Shown: positions 51,201 through 64,000, counted from the stretch's first letter. The stretch: DNA of 64,000 nt from Tubiluchus corallicola (GCA_030141605.1 JAQGDQ010000637.1:1-64000), one strand, 5' to 3'. Numbers and translations: made by a program. Notes: generated from the sequence alone by a model not told the origin.

Positions 51201-54200
51201 TGGAGAATATCACATTTTAGAAAAGAAATATTAAACTGCCACGCTTGGCTCATTAAAGTATATTGCTTAATGCTGGCTGAATGTTATCGGAGTCACCAAG
51301 GTGCTACCTTCTATTTTTTGATAAAGTTTTACATCGTGTGCAAACATTTTAATGGAGACCGTTCCTGTGTTCTTTAGCAAGCCATTTAGCAACGGGCAAC
51401 GTTACAAACGACACAAATATTAGTTTACAAATTTTGCAAAGTATAGTGCAAAATACACAGCAATGGCAGTAAATGTTTTTAGCATAATGACATTCAAAAC
51501 GGTATTAATAACCAGGTAAAAAATTTAGTGATAAAATTTTAGCTAACTTAATAGTCACTTAGAAAAATAAATTAAGAATATCGCTTAAAAATTTTCTACA
51601 GGTTAAAGTGTTGATATTACGAAACTCCAAAATATTATTTAAATTTAAATTGGATTTTTCTCCCACCACTTTTATTGGTTCATAAACCGAAATTTCAGTT
51701 AAATTTGCCCACTAGTGCGGTCAGTTGTTGACCAATTTAGGTTTAGGCCCTCGCTGTTTAATTCGTCTTATTGAGACCTAATACTTGATTTAGTACATGA
51801 TACTGTACATAAATTGCAACTTGTCATTTTAACCTGTGTCCTCTTGGGCAAGAATCAACCAATGTGGACGTGACTCACACACCACTCAATTAATCTCATC
51901 AATACCTTTCATTTCACTTCCTACAACCTGCTGCTGTTTGACTGCTCTACTGAGATCATGGGCAACCAATCTCGGCGTAACTCATAGCATTCCATTCTAC
52001 CCATCAAGACCTTTAATTTGACATACTACCACTGTCCAATTGTCACCTGCCCATAAGTCACTTGCGGTTTAGTCAGAACCAGCTAGGCTGATTTGTATTT
52101 TTCTACTTTTCATTTTCAAGATATTGACGATTGTGTATCAGTACCATGTCAGAATGGTGGAACATGTGAAGACGGAATTAATAAGTATGACTGTAGATGT
52201 GTCGCTGGATATACTGGAAATGAATGTGAGACAGGTAAGTGTTTTTTTCAATAGTCGGACAACAACTTAAAAACTATGTGACGTATCTTACGTGTGCTTG
52301 GAAGCATTGCATGTTGTGATAATAAGTTCTTGCGTTTTATCCTTATTTGCCCATGAGATTAGATTTGGGGTTATTTAGGTCATGATCACAAAGATCAAGC
52401 TGTGTGCTGGAGCGAATGGTTACATTTCGTTTTGTTGACAGTTGCCTTGTTAAATAATTGTCCATAATGCTCTCATACGAACAATTTTGTAATACATGAC
52501 TACATCTGCTCCAGAGCCTTTAGTCCTAAAATATTTAGTCATTGTAGAGAGTTGACATGATTTATATTGCATGTGTAAGAAGTCTAGGGGTGAAATACTG
52601 CTGAATCTTTTCATCTGTGTCGATGTCACCGCATTGACTCGGATTCCATGCAGGTGAACAGTACTCTAAAACTGGCCTAGCATAAACTTTCTAGCTCCGA
52701 GGAGTGCTTCGTTGTTACATGAATGGAATTATGTTACCATCGAGAAAATGACTGTTGCATTTACCAATATGGAGAATATCACATTTTAGAAAAGAAATAT
52801 TAAACTGCCACGCTTGGCCCATTAAAGTATATTGCTTAGTGCTGGCTGAATGTTTTCGGAGTCACCAAGGTGCTACCTTCTATTTTTTGATAAAGCTTTA
52901 CATCGTGTGCAAACATTTTAATGGAGACCGTTCCTGTGTTCTTTAGCAAGCCATTTAGCAATGGGCAACGTTACAAACGACACAAATATTAGTTTACAAA
53001 TTTTGCAAAGTATAGTGCAAAATACACAGCAATGGCAGTAAATGTTTTTAGCATAATGACATTCAAAATGGTATTAATAACCAGGTAAAAAATTTAGTGA
53101 TAAAATTTTAGCTAAATTAATAGTCACTTAGAAAAATAAATTAAGAATATCGCTTAAAAATTTTCTACAGGTTAAAGTGTTGATATTACGAAACTCCAAA
53201 ATATTATTTAAATTTAGATTGGATTTTTCCCCCACCGCTTTTATTGGTTCATAAACCGAATTTTCAGTTAAATTTGACCACTAGTGTGGTCAGTTGTTGA
53301 CCAATTTAGGCTTAGGCCCTCGCTATTTAATTCGTCTTATTGAAACCTAATATTTGATTTAGTACATGATACTGTACATAAATTGCAACTTGTCATTTTA
53401 ACCTGTGTCCTCTTGGGCAAGAATCAACCAATGTGGACGTGACTCACACACCAGTCAATTAATCTCATCGATACCTTTCATTTCACTTCCTACAACCTGC
53501 TGCTGTTTGACTGCTCTAGTGAGATCACGGGCAACCAATCTCGGCGTAACTCATACCATTCCATTCTACCCATCAAGACCTTTAATTTGACATACTACCA
53601 CTGTCCAAATGTCACCTGCCCATAAGTCACTTGCGGTTTAGTCAGAACCAGCTAGGCTGATTTGTATTTTTCTACTTTTCATTTTCAAGATATTGACGAT
53701 TGTGTATCAGTACTGTGTCAGAATGGTGGAACATGTGAAGACGGAATTAATAAGTATGACTGCAGATGTGTCGCTGGATATACTGGAAATGAATGTGAGA
53801 CAGGTAAGTGTTTTTTTCAATAGTCGGACAACAACTTAAAAACTATGTGACGTATCTTACGTGTGCTTGGAAGCATTGCATGTCGTGATAATAAGTTCTT
53901 GCGTTTTATCCTTATTTGCCCATGAGATTAGATTTGGGGTTATTTAGGTCATGATCACAAAGATCAAGCTGTGTGCTGGAGCGAATGGTTACATTTAGGT
54001 TTTGTTGACAGTTGCCTTGTTAAATAATTGTCCATATTGCTCTCATACGAACAATTTTGTAATACATGACTACATCTGCTCCAGAGCCTTTAGTCCTGAA
54101 ATATTTAGTCATTGTAGAGAGTTGACATGATTTATATTGCATGTGTAAGAAGTCTAGGGGTGAAATACTGCTGAATCTTTTCATCTGTGTCGATGTCACC

Positions 54201-57200
54201 GCATTGACTCGGATTCCATGCAGGTGAACAGTACTCTAAAATTGGCCTAGCATAAACTTTGTAGCTCGGAGGAGTGCTTCGTTGTTACATGAATGGAATT
54301 ATGTTACCATCGAGAAAATGACTGTTGCATTTACCAATATGGAGAATATCACATTTTAGAAAAGAAATATTAAACTGCCACGCTTGGCCCATTAAAGTAT
54401 ATTGCTTAATGCTGGCTGAATGTTATCGGAGTCACCAAGGTGCTAACTTCTATTTTTTGATAAAGTTTTACATCGTGTGCAAACATTTTAATGGAGACCG
54501 TTCCTGTGTTCTTTAGCAAGCCATTTAGCAACGGGCAACGTTACAAACGACACAAATATTAGTTTACAAATTTTGCAAAGTATAGTGCAAAATACACAGC
54601 AATGGCAGTAAATGTTTTTAGCATAATGACATTCAAAATGGTATTAATAACCAGGTAAAAAATTTAGTGATAAAATTTTAGCTAAATTAATAGTCACTTA
54701 GAAAAATAAATTAAGAATATCGCTTCAAAGTTTTCTACAGGTTAAAGTGTTGATATTGCGAAACTCCAAAATATTATTTAAATTTAGATTGTATTTTTCT
54801 CCCACCGCCTTTGTTGATTCATAAACCGAAATTTCAGTTAAATTTGCCCACTAGTGTGGTCAGTTGTTGACCAATTTAGGCTTAGGCCGCGCTATTTAAT
54901 TCGTCTCATTAAGACCTAATATTTGATTTAGTACATGATACTGTACATAAATTGGAACTTGTCATTTTAACCTGTGTCCTCTTGGGCAAGAATCAACCAA
55001 TGTGGACGTGACTCACACACCAGTCAATTAATCTCATCGATACCTTTCATTTCACTTCCTACAACATGCTGCTGTTTAACTGCTCTAGTGAGATCACGGG
55101 CAACCAATCTGGGCGTAACTCTTACCATTCCATTCTACTCATCAAGACCTTTCATTTGACATACTACCACTGTCCAAATGTCACCTGCCCATAAGTCACT
55201 TGCGGTTTAGTCAGAACCAGCTAGGCTGATTTGTGTTTTTCTACTTTTCATTTTCAAGATATTGACGATTGTGTATCAGTACTGTGTCAGAATGGTGGAA
55301 CATGTGAAGACGGAATTAATAAGTATGACTGCAGATGTGTCGCTGGATATACTGGAAATGAATGTGAGACAGGTAAGTGTTTTTTTTTCAATAGTCGGAC
55401 AACAACTTAAAAACTATGTGACGGTATCTTACGTGTGCTTGGAAGCATTGCATGTCGTGATAATAAGTTCTTGTGTTTTATCCTTATTTGCCCATGAGAT
55501 TAGATTTGGGGTTATTTAGGTCATGATCACAAAGATCAAGCTGTGTGCTGGAGCGAATGGTTACATTTCGTTTTGTTGACAGTTGCCTTGTTAAATAATT
55601 GTCCATATTGCTCTCATACGAACAATTTTGTAATACATGACTACATCTGCTCCAGAGCCTTTAGTCCTAAAATATTTAGTCATTGTAGAGAGTTGACATG
55701 ATTTATATTGCATGTGTAAGAAGTCTAGGGGTGAAATACATCTGAATCTTTTCATCTGTGTCGATGTCACCGCATTGACTCGGATTCCATGCAGGTGAAC
55801 AGTACTCTAAAATTGGCCTAGCATAAACTTTGTAGCTCCGAGGAGTGCTTCGTTGTTACATGAATGGAATTATGTTACCATCGAGAAAATGACTGTTGCA
55901 GTTACCAATATTGAGAATATCACATTTTAGAAAAGAAATATTAAACTGCCACGCTTGGCCCATTAAAGTATATTGCTTAATGCTGGCTGAATGTTATCGG
56001 AGTCAAAAAGGTGCTAACTTCTATTTTTTGATAAAGTTTTACATCGTCTGCAAACATTTTAATGTGGACCGTTCCTGTCTTCTTTAGCAAGCCATTTATA
56101 AACATTGAAATTAAGACTGAACCGATAATTCTCTATGGCACCACTATTTATGCTTTATATGATAAAAGTGTTAACAATTTAGCTGAAGAAGTTAGGAAAG
56201 CTCTACGTCGTGTTTCAGGCATTCCATTTAATTTCACAGTAGCATTACACATTTCAGTTTTGTCACTGACCCATACGTAAAAGTTGTATCTCTTGATGAA
56301 CGTCAAAGTTGTATAAACGTATAAACGAATTGAACGATAAAAATGTTTTTACAAAATTACAGCTGTTAAATGAATGTACTACTATACCAGTATTACTACT
56401 TTTCTGTGAGAACAGATTATTTATTGGCACTCTGTTGTGGAGATCGCTGGCATCTATTAGAATTAAATAGAACATTGCGTGACTTCTCATTGCCTTGCTC
56501 GTATAAACACATTACAACTACTCTATTTTCTTTTTGTTTTTTTTTTCATTTTTTTCTCTGCTTGATTCTTTTCATACTTATTTATCTTTTACTTTTCTTA
56601 TGAGATGACCATATCTCAAACTAACTGCATTTGTCCTCTTTGTAATAAAACCGTGAGGTATAATCAGCGTGTATTATGTTGTGACTGCTGCAATAGATGG
56701 CTTCATCTGAAATGTACTTACTTAACTGTAAATGATTACGAAGCCTTGGCCGCAGAAAGTGATGAACGGTTTTGCCACGTTTGTCTTCAGAAAGTTTTAA
56801 TCATTTAACTGACGATGACGATTTTAATCACGTTATAAGAAATTCGCTAATTGATTCTATAATTTGTAACGATCAGTAATACTGTTCCAAACAACACAAA
56901 ATAGTGTGAACGCAAATTTGCGATTAGAGGACACTGATCCTGATATACATTTTTTCAATCAAAAAGATTCTTTTCCAAAAAGTAAATACTACGACAATGA
57001 GCAATTTTTTGTCTATGCTTTCAAACATAAAGTTCAACAACAAATTTTCAATGATCCATCTGAATATAAGAAGTTTATCTGCTAATTATGACCACTTAAC
57101 TGTACTGCTGCAAATGTTACAAACTCAATTCTCACTAATTGCGTTAGCTGAAACATGGTTAAATGAAGATACAGAAAAAACGTTTAATTTACCCGGATAT

Positions 57201-60200
57201 ACACTGGTGAATAGAAATAAGAAGAATAAAAAGGGGGGGTGGTGTAGGGTTGTTCATTAAATCAGACATACCGTTTGTAGTGAGAAACGACTGAACATCA
57301 AGCAACTCTGACCGTGAAAGTATTTTTATCGAAATTCACAAAGCAAAAGGCAAAAACATAGTAGTCGGCGTGATCTACTGACCACCCGGGCAAAACCCAC
57401 AAACACTTATTGAACAGTTAACTACTACACTATCAATAATAAACAAACAAAATAAGCAGTTATTTTTGTTAGGGGACTACAATTTGAACTTATTAAATCA
57501 CTCTTCGCATCAAGACAGAGTTTCTTGATACTATTATTACTAACTATGTCTTTCCAGTTATTACTTGTCCTACTCGAATTACAGCATACAGCTCTACATT
57601 AATTGATAATATTCTGACAATTGTTACACAGCATCAATATAGAGCTGGCAATCTTTTAGTAGATGTCACCATTCACTTACCAATCTTCTTAATCATTGAC
57701 TTAAACATAGCAAATTCTCAAACTAATAATATCGACAAAGTAATATACAATAATCATGTAAAAAATAAATTAATAAGTGATATAGAATCAGTCAACTGGG
57801 AGGAATTGTATAGTATTTCAGATCCTGAAGCAGCTTACAATCTATTTCTGGATAAATTTAACGAAGTCTACTTTAAAAATATAAAAACTACTGATGCTTC
57901 CAAAAAAACTAATGTCATTAAAAATCCTTGGATAACTCCAGCCATATGTAGTGTTATATTTATTATGATAAAAGTGTTAACAATTTAGCTGATGAAGTTA
58001 GGAAAGCTCTACGTCGTGTTTCAGGCATTCCATTTAATTTCACAGTAGCATTACACATTTCAGTTTTGGCATTGACCCATACGTAAAAGTAGTATCTCTT
58101 GATGAAAGTCAAAGTTGTATAAACGTATAAACGAATTGAATGATAAAAGTGTTTTTACAAAATTCAGGTGTTAAATGTATGTACTACTATACTAGTATCA
58201 CTACTTTTCTGTGAGAATACATTATTTATTAGTATTCATAATAACACTCCAAACAAAGTCACTCCAATAGAGAACCGTTTTTGGCAAGTCAAGGCAAATA
58301 TGCAATACCAGTTTTCTCAAATAATGACATTGTGTGTTTCATAAATACTGTGTTAATTAATTAACTGACTGGCTTAGGTGGAAAATTCTACAATTATTTG
58401 TTATTATTGCATTTGTGATTCTGAAATACGACTAAATTATATATATATTTAAATAATTGTACTCCCACCATATGGTGTTCAAACATTCCCACAGGAATAT
58501 GCCACCACAATATTGAAGGATCCTTTTATGCTTAGTTCATTTTTTAAAACAGCACATTAATACTAACAACCAAAATCAAATGGTGCTGAGTGAATTGACC
58601 GACTTTAATTATTTCACTTATTACCGCATATGTTAAATTTAACGTAGTAATTTTAAAAAGTATTATGAGAGTCCGGAAAATAGTGTATCATTAATAATTT
58701 AAAAAGCAAAAATGAAGAGAAATTGTCATCCTGCGACATTAAATTAAATTGGTTCACCAATGTTTCACACCCAATTGTCTATTGTCTTAGTATCTCTTGC
58801 CAAGTGTGCCAACCCTAAATGCCAAATGTCCTGTGTCCAAATGTCCGCTGCCCATAAGTCACTTGCAGTTTGGTCAAAACCAGCTAGGCTGATTTGTGTT
58901 TTTCTACTTTTCATTTTCCAGATATTAACGAATGTGAATCAACTCCATGTCAGAATAATGGAACATGCGAAGACGGAATTAATAAGTATGTTTGCAATTG
59001 CACCGCTGGATATACTGGACTTAATTGTGAGACAAGTAAGTGTTTGTATCAATAGTCTGACAACACTATGTGACGTATCTTACGTGTGCTTGGAAGCATT
59101 GCATGATAATAAGTTCCTGCGTTTTATCCTTATTTGCCCATGAGAATAGATTTAGGGTCATTTAGGTCATGATCACAAAGATCAAGCTGTGTGCCCGAGC
59201 GAATGGTTGCATTTCGTTTTGTTGACAATTGCCTTGTTAAAAAATTGTCAAAATCTAGATATTGTCCCCATACGAATAATTTTGTAATACATGACTACAT
59301 CTGCTCCAGAGCCTTTAGTCCTAAAATATATAGTCATTGCATGATTTACGTTGCTTCTGTAAAAAAGTGTGCGGATGAAATACCACTGAATCTTTTCAAC
59401 TATGTCGATGTCACCGCATTGATTCGGATTTCATGCAGGCGAACTGTAATCAAAATATGACAGTCATAGTGAAAATATACAAATGTTGAGTTGTACTGTA
59501 CTCCATTATTCTGCAGAAATGCGTGTGGAAAATACAAGTGATTCAGAAGTTCCAGCATGAAATATTTCAAGTGAAGTAGTTGATAATGATATTTGTAATA
59601 GGGAGCTGCCTGAAAATGATATCCTTTTTGATGACTCAGTGATGCAAAACAGTGGTGCAGGGACAACTTCACTGTTTTTGTCTATGGTCTTGATCAGTTT
59701 ACTGTTGTTGATTATTTCGTGTAATTCTATGTATATGTTTTTGAATTTCATTAATTTTATCGTTGCCTGACAATCTGAAATTGCCATTTGGCATTCTTCG
59801 TATGATTAAAATGTTCCTGGCTCCTGAGCTATAATGCCAATTATTATTAATTCTGTATTACTGACAAAATATCAACACGTCATTCCAGAGTTTTTATTAT
59901 TACAGGAATAGGTTGTAGCTTACAGTTTTCTGGAGCAGCCATTAGTCTTGAAAAAGCTTCTAGATATAGAGTGAGGATGCCGTTTACTGTATTATGTTGG
60001 TTTGAGTGTGAAACTTCAGACACAGCTTTTGTGCAAAATAACTGGAACGTGTTACATATAATCAACTCCAGTTCAACAGTGCAAGTTAGTAACCTAGATG
60101 CCAATGTGAACCTCAATGGGAAATACATCGCAATACCAGCTGGTTTGCTCTTTCCTGGATCTTACATGTTTAAACTTACTGCAACTGTGAAAACTGACAA

Positions 60201-63200
60201 TGTCACTGAGATCGTTACTGCCGAGGTAATTTAATGCCTAGAAATTCATTTTTATTTTTCTTTATTCGCTGTATTTTCACCTAGCTGTATTTTCCTCTTG
60301 AACCTGTCTTTTGTCTCATGAAATGTGCTTTAACTGGGAATGATCACCTAGCTGTATTTTTCTCTTGAACCCGTCTTTTGTCTCATGACATGTGCTTCAA
60401 CTGGGAATGATCACCTAGCTGTATTTTTCTCTTGAACCTGTCTTTTGTCTCATGAAACGTGTTTTAACTGGGTATGATCACCTAGCCGTACTTTACTCTT
60501 GAACTTGTTTTTGTCTCATGAAATGTGCTTCAACTGGGAATGATCACCTAGCTGTATTTTTCTCTTGAACCTGTCTTTTGTCTCATGACATGTGCTTCAA
60601 CTGGGAATGATCACCTAGCTGTATTTTTCTCTTGAACCTGTCTTTTGTCTCATGAAATGTGCTTTAACCGGGAATGATCACCTAGCTGTATTTTTCTCTT
60701 GAACCCGTCTTTTGTCTCATGACATGTGCTTCAACTGGGAATGATCACCTAGCTGTATTTTTCTCTTGAACCTGTCTTTTGTCTCATGAAACGTGCTTTA
60801 ACTGTGAATGATCACCTAGCTGTATTTTTCTCTTGAACCTGTCTTTTGTCTCATGAAACGTGTTTTAACTGGGAATGATCACCTAGCTGTATTTTTCTCT
60901 TGAACCTGTCTTTTGTCTCATGAAACGTGTTTTAACTGGGAATGATTACCTAGCTGTATTTTTCTCTTGAGCCTGTCTTTTGTCTCATGAAACGTGTTTA
61001 ACTGGGAATGATCACCTTGCTGTATTTTCCTCTTGAACCTGTCTTTTGTCTCATGAAACGTGTTTTAACTGGGAATGATCACCTAGCTGTATTTTTCTCT
61101 TGAACCTTTCTTTTGTCTCATGAAACGTGTTTTAACTGGGAATGATCACCTAGCTGTATTTTTCTCTTGAACCTGTCTTTTGTCTCATGAAACGTGTTTT
61201 AACTGGGAATGATCACCTAGCTGTATTTTTCTCTTGAACCTGTCTTTTGTCTCATGAAACGTGCTTTAACTGTGAATGATCACCTAGCTGTATTTTTCTC
61301 TTGAACCTGTCTTTTGTCTCATGAAACGTGTTTTAACTGGGAATGATCACCTAGCTGTATTTTTCTCTTGAACCTTTCTTTTGTCTCATGAAACGTGTTT
61401 TAACTTTGAATGATCACCTAGCTGTATTTTTCTCTTGAACCTGTCTTTTGTCTCATGAAATGTGCTTTAACCGGGAATGATCACCTAGCTGTATTTTTCT
61501 CTTGAACCCGTCTTTTGTCTCATGACATGTGCTTCAACTGGGAATGATCACCTAGCTGTATTTTTCTCTTGAACCTGTCTTTTGTCTCATGAAACGTGCT
61601 TTAACTGTGAATGATCACCTAGCTGTATTTTTCTCTTGAACCTGTCTTTTGTCTCATGAAACGTGTTTTAACTGGGAATGATCACCTAGCTGTATTTTTC
61701 TCTTGAACCTGTCTTTTGTCTCATGAAACGTGCTTTAACTGGCAATGATCACATAGCTGTATTTTTCTCTTGAACCCGTCTTTTCTCTCATGAAACGTGC
61801 TTTAACTGGGAATGACCACCTAGCTGTATTTTCTCTTGAACCTGTCTTTTACCTCATGAAACGTGCTTTAACTGGGAATGACCACCTAGCTGTATTTTTC
61901 TCTTGAACCTGTCTTTTCTCTCATGAAACGTGCTTTGACCGGGAATGATCACCTAGCTGTATTTTTCTCTTGAACCTGTCTTTTATCTCATGAAATGTGC
62001 TTTAACTGTCAATGATCACTTAGCTGTATTTTTTCTTGAACCTGTTTTTTGCCTCATGAAACGTGCTTTAACTGAGAATGTTCACCTAGCTGTATTTTCT
62101 CTTGAATCTGTCTTTTGTCTCATGAAACGTGTCTTAACTGGGTATTATTACCTAGCCGTACTTTACTCTCGAACTTGTTTTTGTCTCATGAAATGTGCTT
62201 TAACTGGGAATGATCACCTAGCTGTGTTTTACTCTGGAACCTGTCTTTTATCTCATGAAATGTGCTTTAACTGTCAATGATCACCTAGCTGTATTTTTCT
62301 CTTGAACCTGTTTTTTATCTCATGAAACGTGTTTTAACCGCATATGATCACCTAGCTGTATTTTTCTCTTGAACCTGTCTTTTATCTCATGAAACGTGCT
62401 TTAACTGGGAATGATCACCTAGCTGTATTTTTCTCTTGAACCTGTCTTTTACCTCATGAAACGTGCTTTAACTGGGAATGATCACCTAGCTGTATTTTTC
62501 TCTCGAACCTATCTTGCATCCAATTTATCTCATGCTTCCTGAGATGGCACATGCTTTCACGATTTACGTTTTTGGTAGAATTTGCTTTTGTTTTATTATG
62601 GTTTATAGTTTGTTCTTTTCTTGTATGTGCAGGTATTAATAGTTTCAGTAGTTTGCGTAAATGGCAAATCCTGTTTTAATACAGTATAATGGTACAGTTC
62701 GTCTACAAATAATAATGCATTTTGTTCAGAGGTTTGTTATGGTCATAGCTTCGGACATCGTACCTCACATTCAAGGTGGACAGTTTAGAAAAGTGGGATG
62801 GGAGGACGATGTTACAATTGATGGATCATCATCATATGATCCGGACACTCCATTCTTAAAGAAGTACCATAATGACTACCAAGATGAGTTTGTGTAAGCA
62901 TTTCCTGAGTTAGATATCTGGATAATTAGCTACTTAACCAAGTTACGTAACCACGAAAAGATGATACTGTCATCCACACTGGCTCTTAGCAATGGTATAA
63001 ATGTATGTAATTGCTGATAAGTGCACAGCAAGTGTAACAGCAGATGCGGGGAGAGAATGTTTTACAGATTGCTAAGGTTGTGTTACATTTTCGCTCTTAA
63101 TCAGGGAACATAGTTAAGCAGCACTGAAGTCATGTGAATGGATGGTGGCAGCTAAAAATTTAATTCTCCATTCATAGTGGCATCATCTGCCAGATTGCTG

Positions 63201-63596
63201 ATTGAGATTCAACCTTGTTCAGCCAGGATATCATGCTTGCACACATGAAGTAAAGTAACTGGCATTACAATTAGCAGCAAAGTGTTTGGTTTTGCAAGAC
63301 TGTCTTTCAAATGAATTAGGTTCTTGTTCCACCACACCCATCAATGTTAAGCTAGCTGCACTGCAGACAGTTTGCTTAAATACTGTGAAAATACAATGCT
63401 GATGATGTAACTTCCTATAAATTATAAGAAGCAAGACCTGTCTAAAGTTTGTGTAGGACTTTTGCAAATTCTGTGTAACATGATGATCATAACTGTTTCA
63501 GGTACACCTGGTATTGTTATAATGGTACAGGAATCAGGCCTAATGATGCTAAGCCTGGGTGTTACAGCAATAATACAGTTCGTTTAATTTTCTCTG
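43913..63596 (+). CDS. Second PKD1/REJ-family gene (gene 2), partial: WSC-like x2, EGF x6, start of REJ module
   Basis: Exons: 43913-44248, 46457-46783, 48826-48942, 50552-50665, 52121-52234, 53690-53803, 55259-55372, 58922-59035, 59906-60225, 62730-62893, 63502-63596; all GT-AG and phase-compatible. REJ motifs [44 protein letters not shown] and YTWYC. Signal-peptide exon not identified; gene continues past the window end. Confidence 0.85.
44315..44806. mobile_element. pogo/Tigger-like MITE
   Basis: TIR CAGTCAACCTCGG / CCGAGGTTGACTG|ta; internal GTCCCTTATA repeats. Confidence 0.8.
45754..46050. repeat. (CA)n followed by a 16-bp tandem repeat, ~13 copies
   Basis: (CA)n at 45754-45827; GAYTGGCGARAARGTA units from 45843. 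Confidence 0.92.
48045..48255. repeat. Compound (GTT)/(GCT)/(AGT)n microsatellite
   Basis: Directly visible. Confidence 0.95.
48826..48942 (+). CDS. Gene 2: EGF-like domain exon
   Basis: [39 protein letters not shown]; phase 1-1. Confidence 0.85.
49547..56097 (+). repeat. Tandem array of ~1569-bp units, each with one EGF exon plus intron, ~4.2 copies
   Basis: Exon starts at 50552, 52121, 53690 and 55259 (exact 1569 spacing); intron sequences near-identical; first unit has a ~136-bp deletion; diverged partial fifth unit at ~58830-59440. Confidence 0.96.
50552..59035 (+). CDS. Gene 2: five calcium-binding EGF exons, 114 nt each, phase 1-1
   Basis: DIDDCVSV(L/P)[29 protein letters not shown] at 50552, 52121, 53690 and 55259; [38 protein letters not shown] at 58922. 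Confidence 0.9.
56540..57950 (+). mobile_element. 3'-truncated CR1/L2-group LINE (PHD finger and APE endonuclease), decayed
   Basis: [24 protein letters not shown]; [48 protein letters not shown]; frameshifts present. Confidence 0.88.
59906..63596 (+). CDS. Gene 2: first exons of REJ module
   Basis: ..[27 protein letters not shown]..|[39 protein letters not shown]..|[12 protein letters not shown]. Confidence 0.85.
60278..62510. repeat. 67-bp minisatellite, ~33 copies, intronic
   Basis: Unit GATCACCTAGCTGTATTTTTCTCTTGAACCTGTCTTTTGTCTCATGAAACGTGTTTTAACTGGGAAT. Confidence 0.96.
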
Positions 63597-64000
63597 GTAT
63601 GTTAAAGCGTATTTCAAGTATGTTTTTGTGTAACTAATTAGAGTTAAAAGCTTTTGTTTAAGCTTTTGTCAAATTTAATGTAAAAACAAGATTTTTAAAT
63701 TAAAGAGTTAATCACAACTTAAAATTTGACACTAATTTTATTAAATTTCAAGGATTCTGTAACAATGAAAATATTTGTGTTTGGTTCCGCTCAAGATATT
63801 TTGGGAAAACGCAGACAAAACAAACGTAGTAGTGTAGTATGGCTTCCTTGGATACGCCGTCATATCTGTGACACTAGCTAGAGTCATCTAACAAGGAAAA
63901 TATTCAAAATCAAGCTCTGGACTTCTAGAAATGACACCTTTATGCCGGACTTTCTCTTCTGTAACCAAAAAAGCTAATGCATCAGAAATCTTAGTCAGAG

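Noticed and set aside
49753-56087. Repeated 61-63 aa ORFs ([10 protein letters not shown].., MSSWARINQ..)
   Set aside because: Intronic sequence copied with the 1569-bp unit; non-ATG starts and no domain features.
60278-62510. CRISPR-like regular repeats (also 34655-35570 and 37290-40595)
   Set aside because: Units are contiguous with no unique spacers, there are no cas genes, and the context is eukaryotic.

Overview
AT-rich, intron-rich metazoan (probably invertebrate) genomic DNA; there is no prokaryotic gene structure and no CRISPR. Hand-splicing with GT-AG sites and phase checks gives two tandem + strand polycystin-1-family (PKD1-like) genes. Gene 1 (1318-31501, 5' end outside the window) has 23 phase-compatible exons, about 1798 aa: GAIN/GPS, TM1, PLAT, further TMs, TOP and a 6-TM channel. 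Its GAIN region appears to be interrupted by a ~213-aa, 32-cysteine insert plus a second, predicted extracellular PLAT domain upstream of the GPS site. Gene 2 (43913 to beyond 63596; first exon not found, 3' end outside the window) has 2 WSC-like exons, 6 EGF exons and the start of a REJ module. Four of its EGF exons come from a young 1569-bp exon+intron tandem array. Between the genes lie a BEL/Pao retrotransposon remnant, an orphan terminal-exon candidate, a foldback element, large minisatellites and a decayed nuclear-receptor pseudogene. Introns carry two PHD+endonuclease CR1/L2-type LINE remnants, several MITEs, probable Helitron ends and minisatellites. The longest ORFs in the supplied track are repeat artefacts. 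All alignments were done by eye; no database searches were run.
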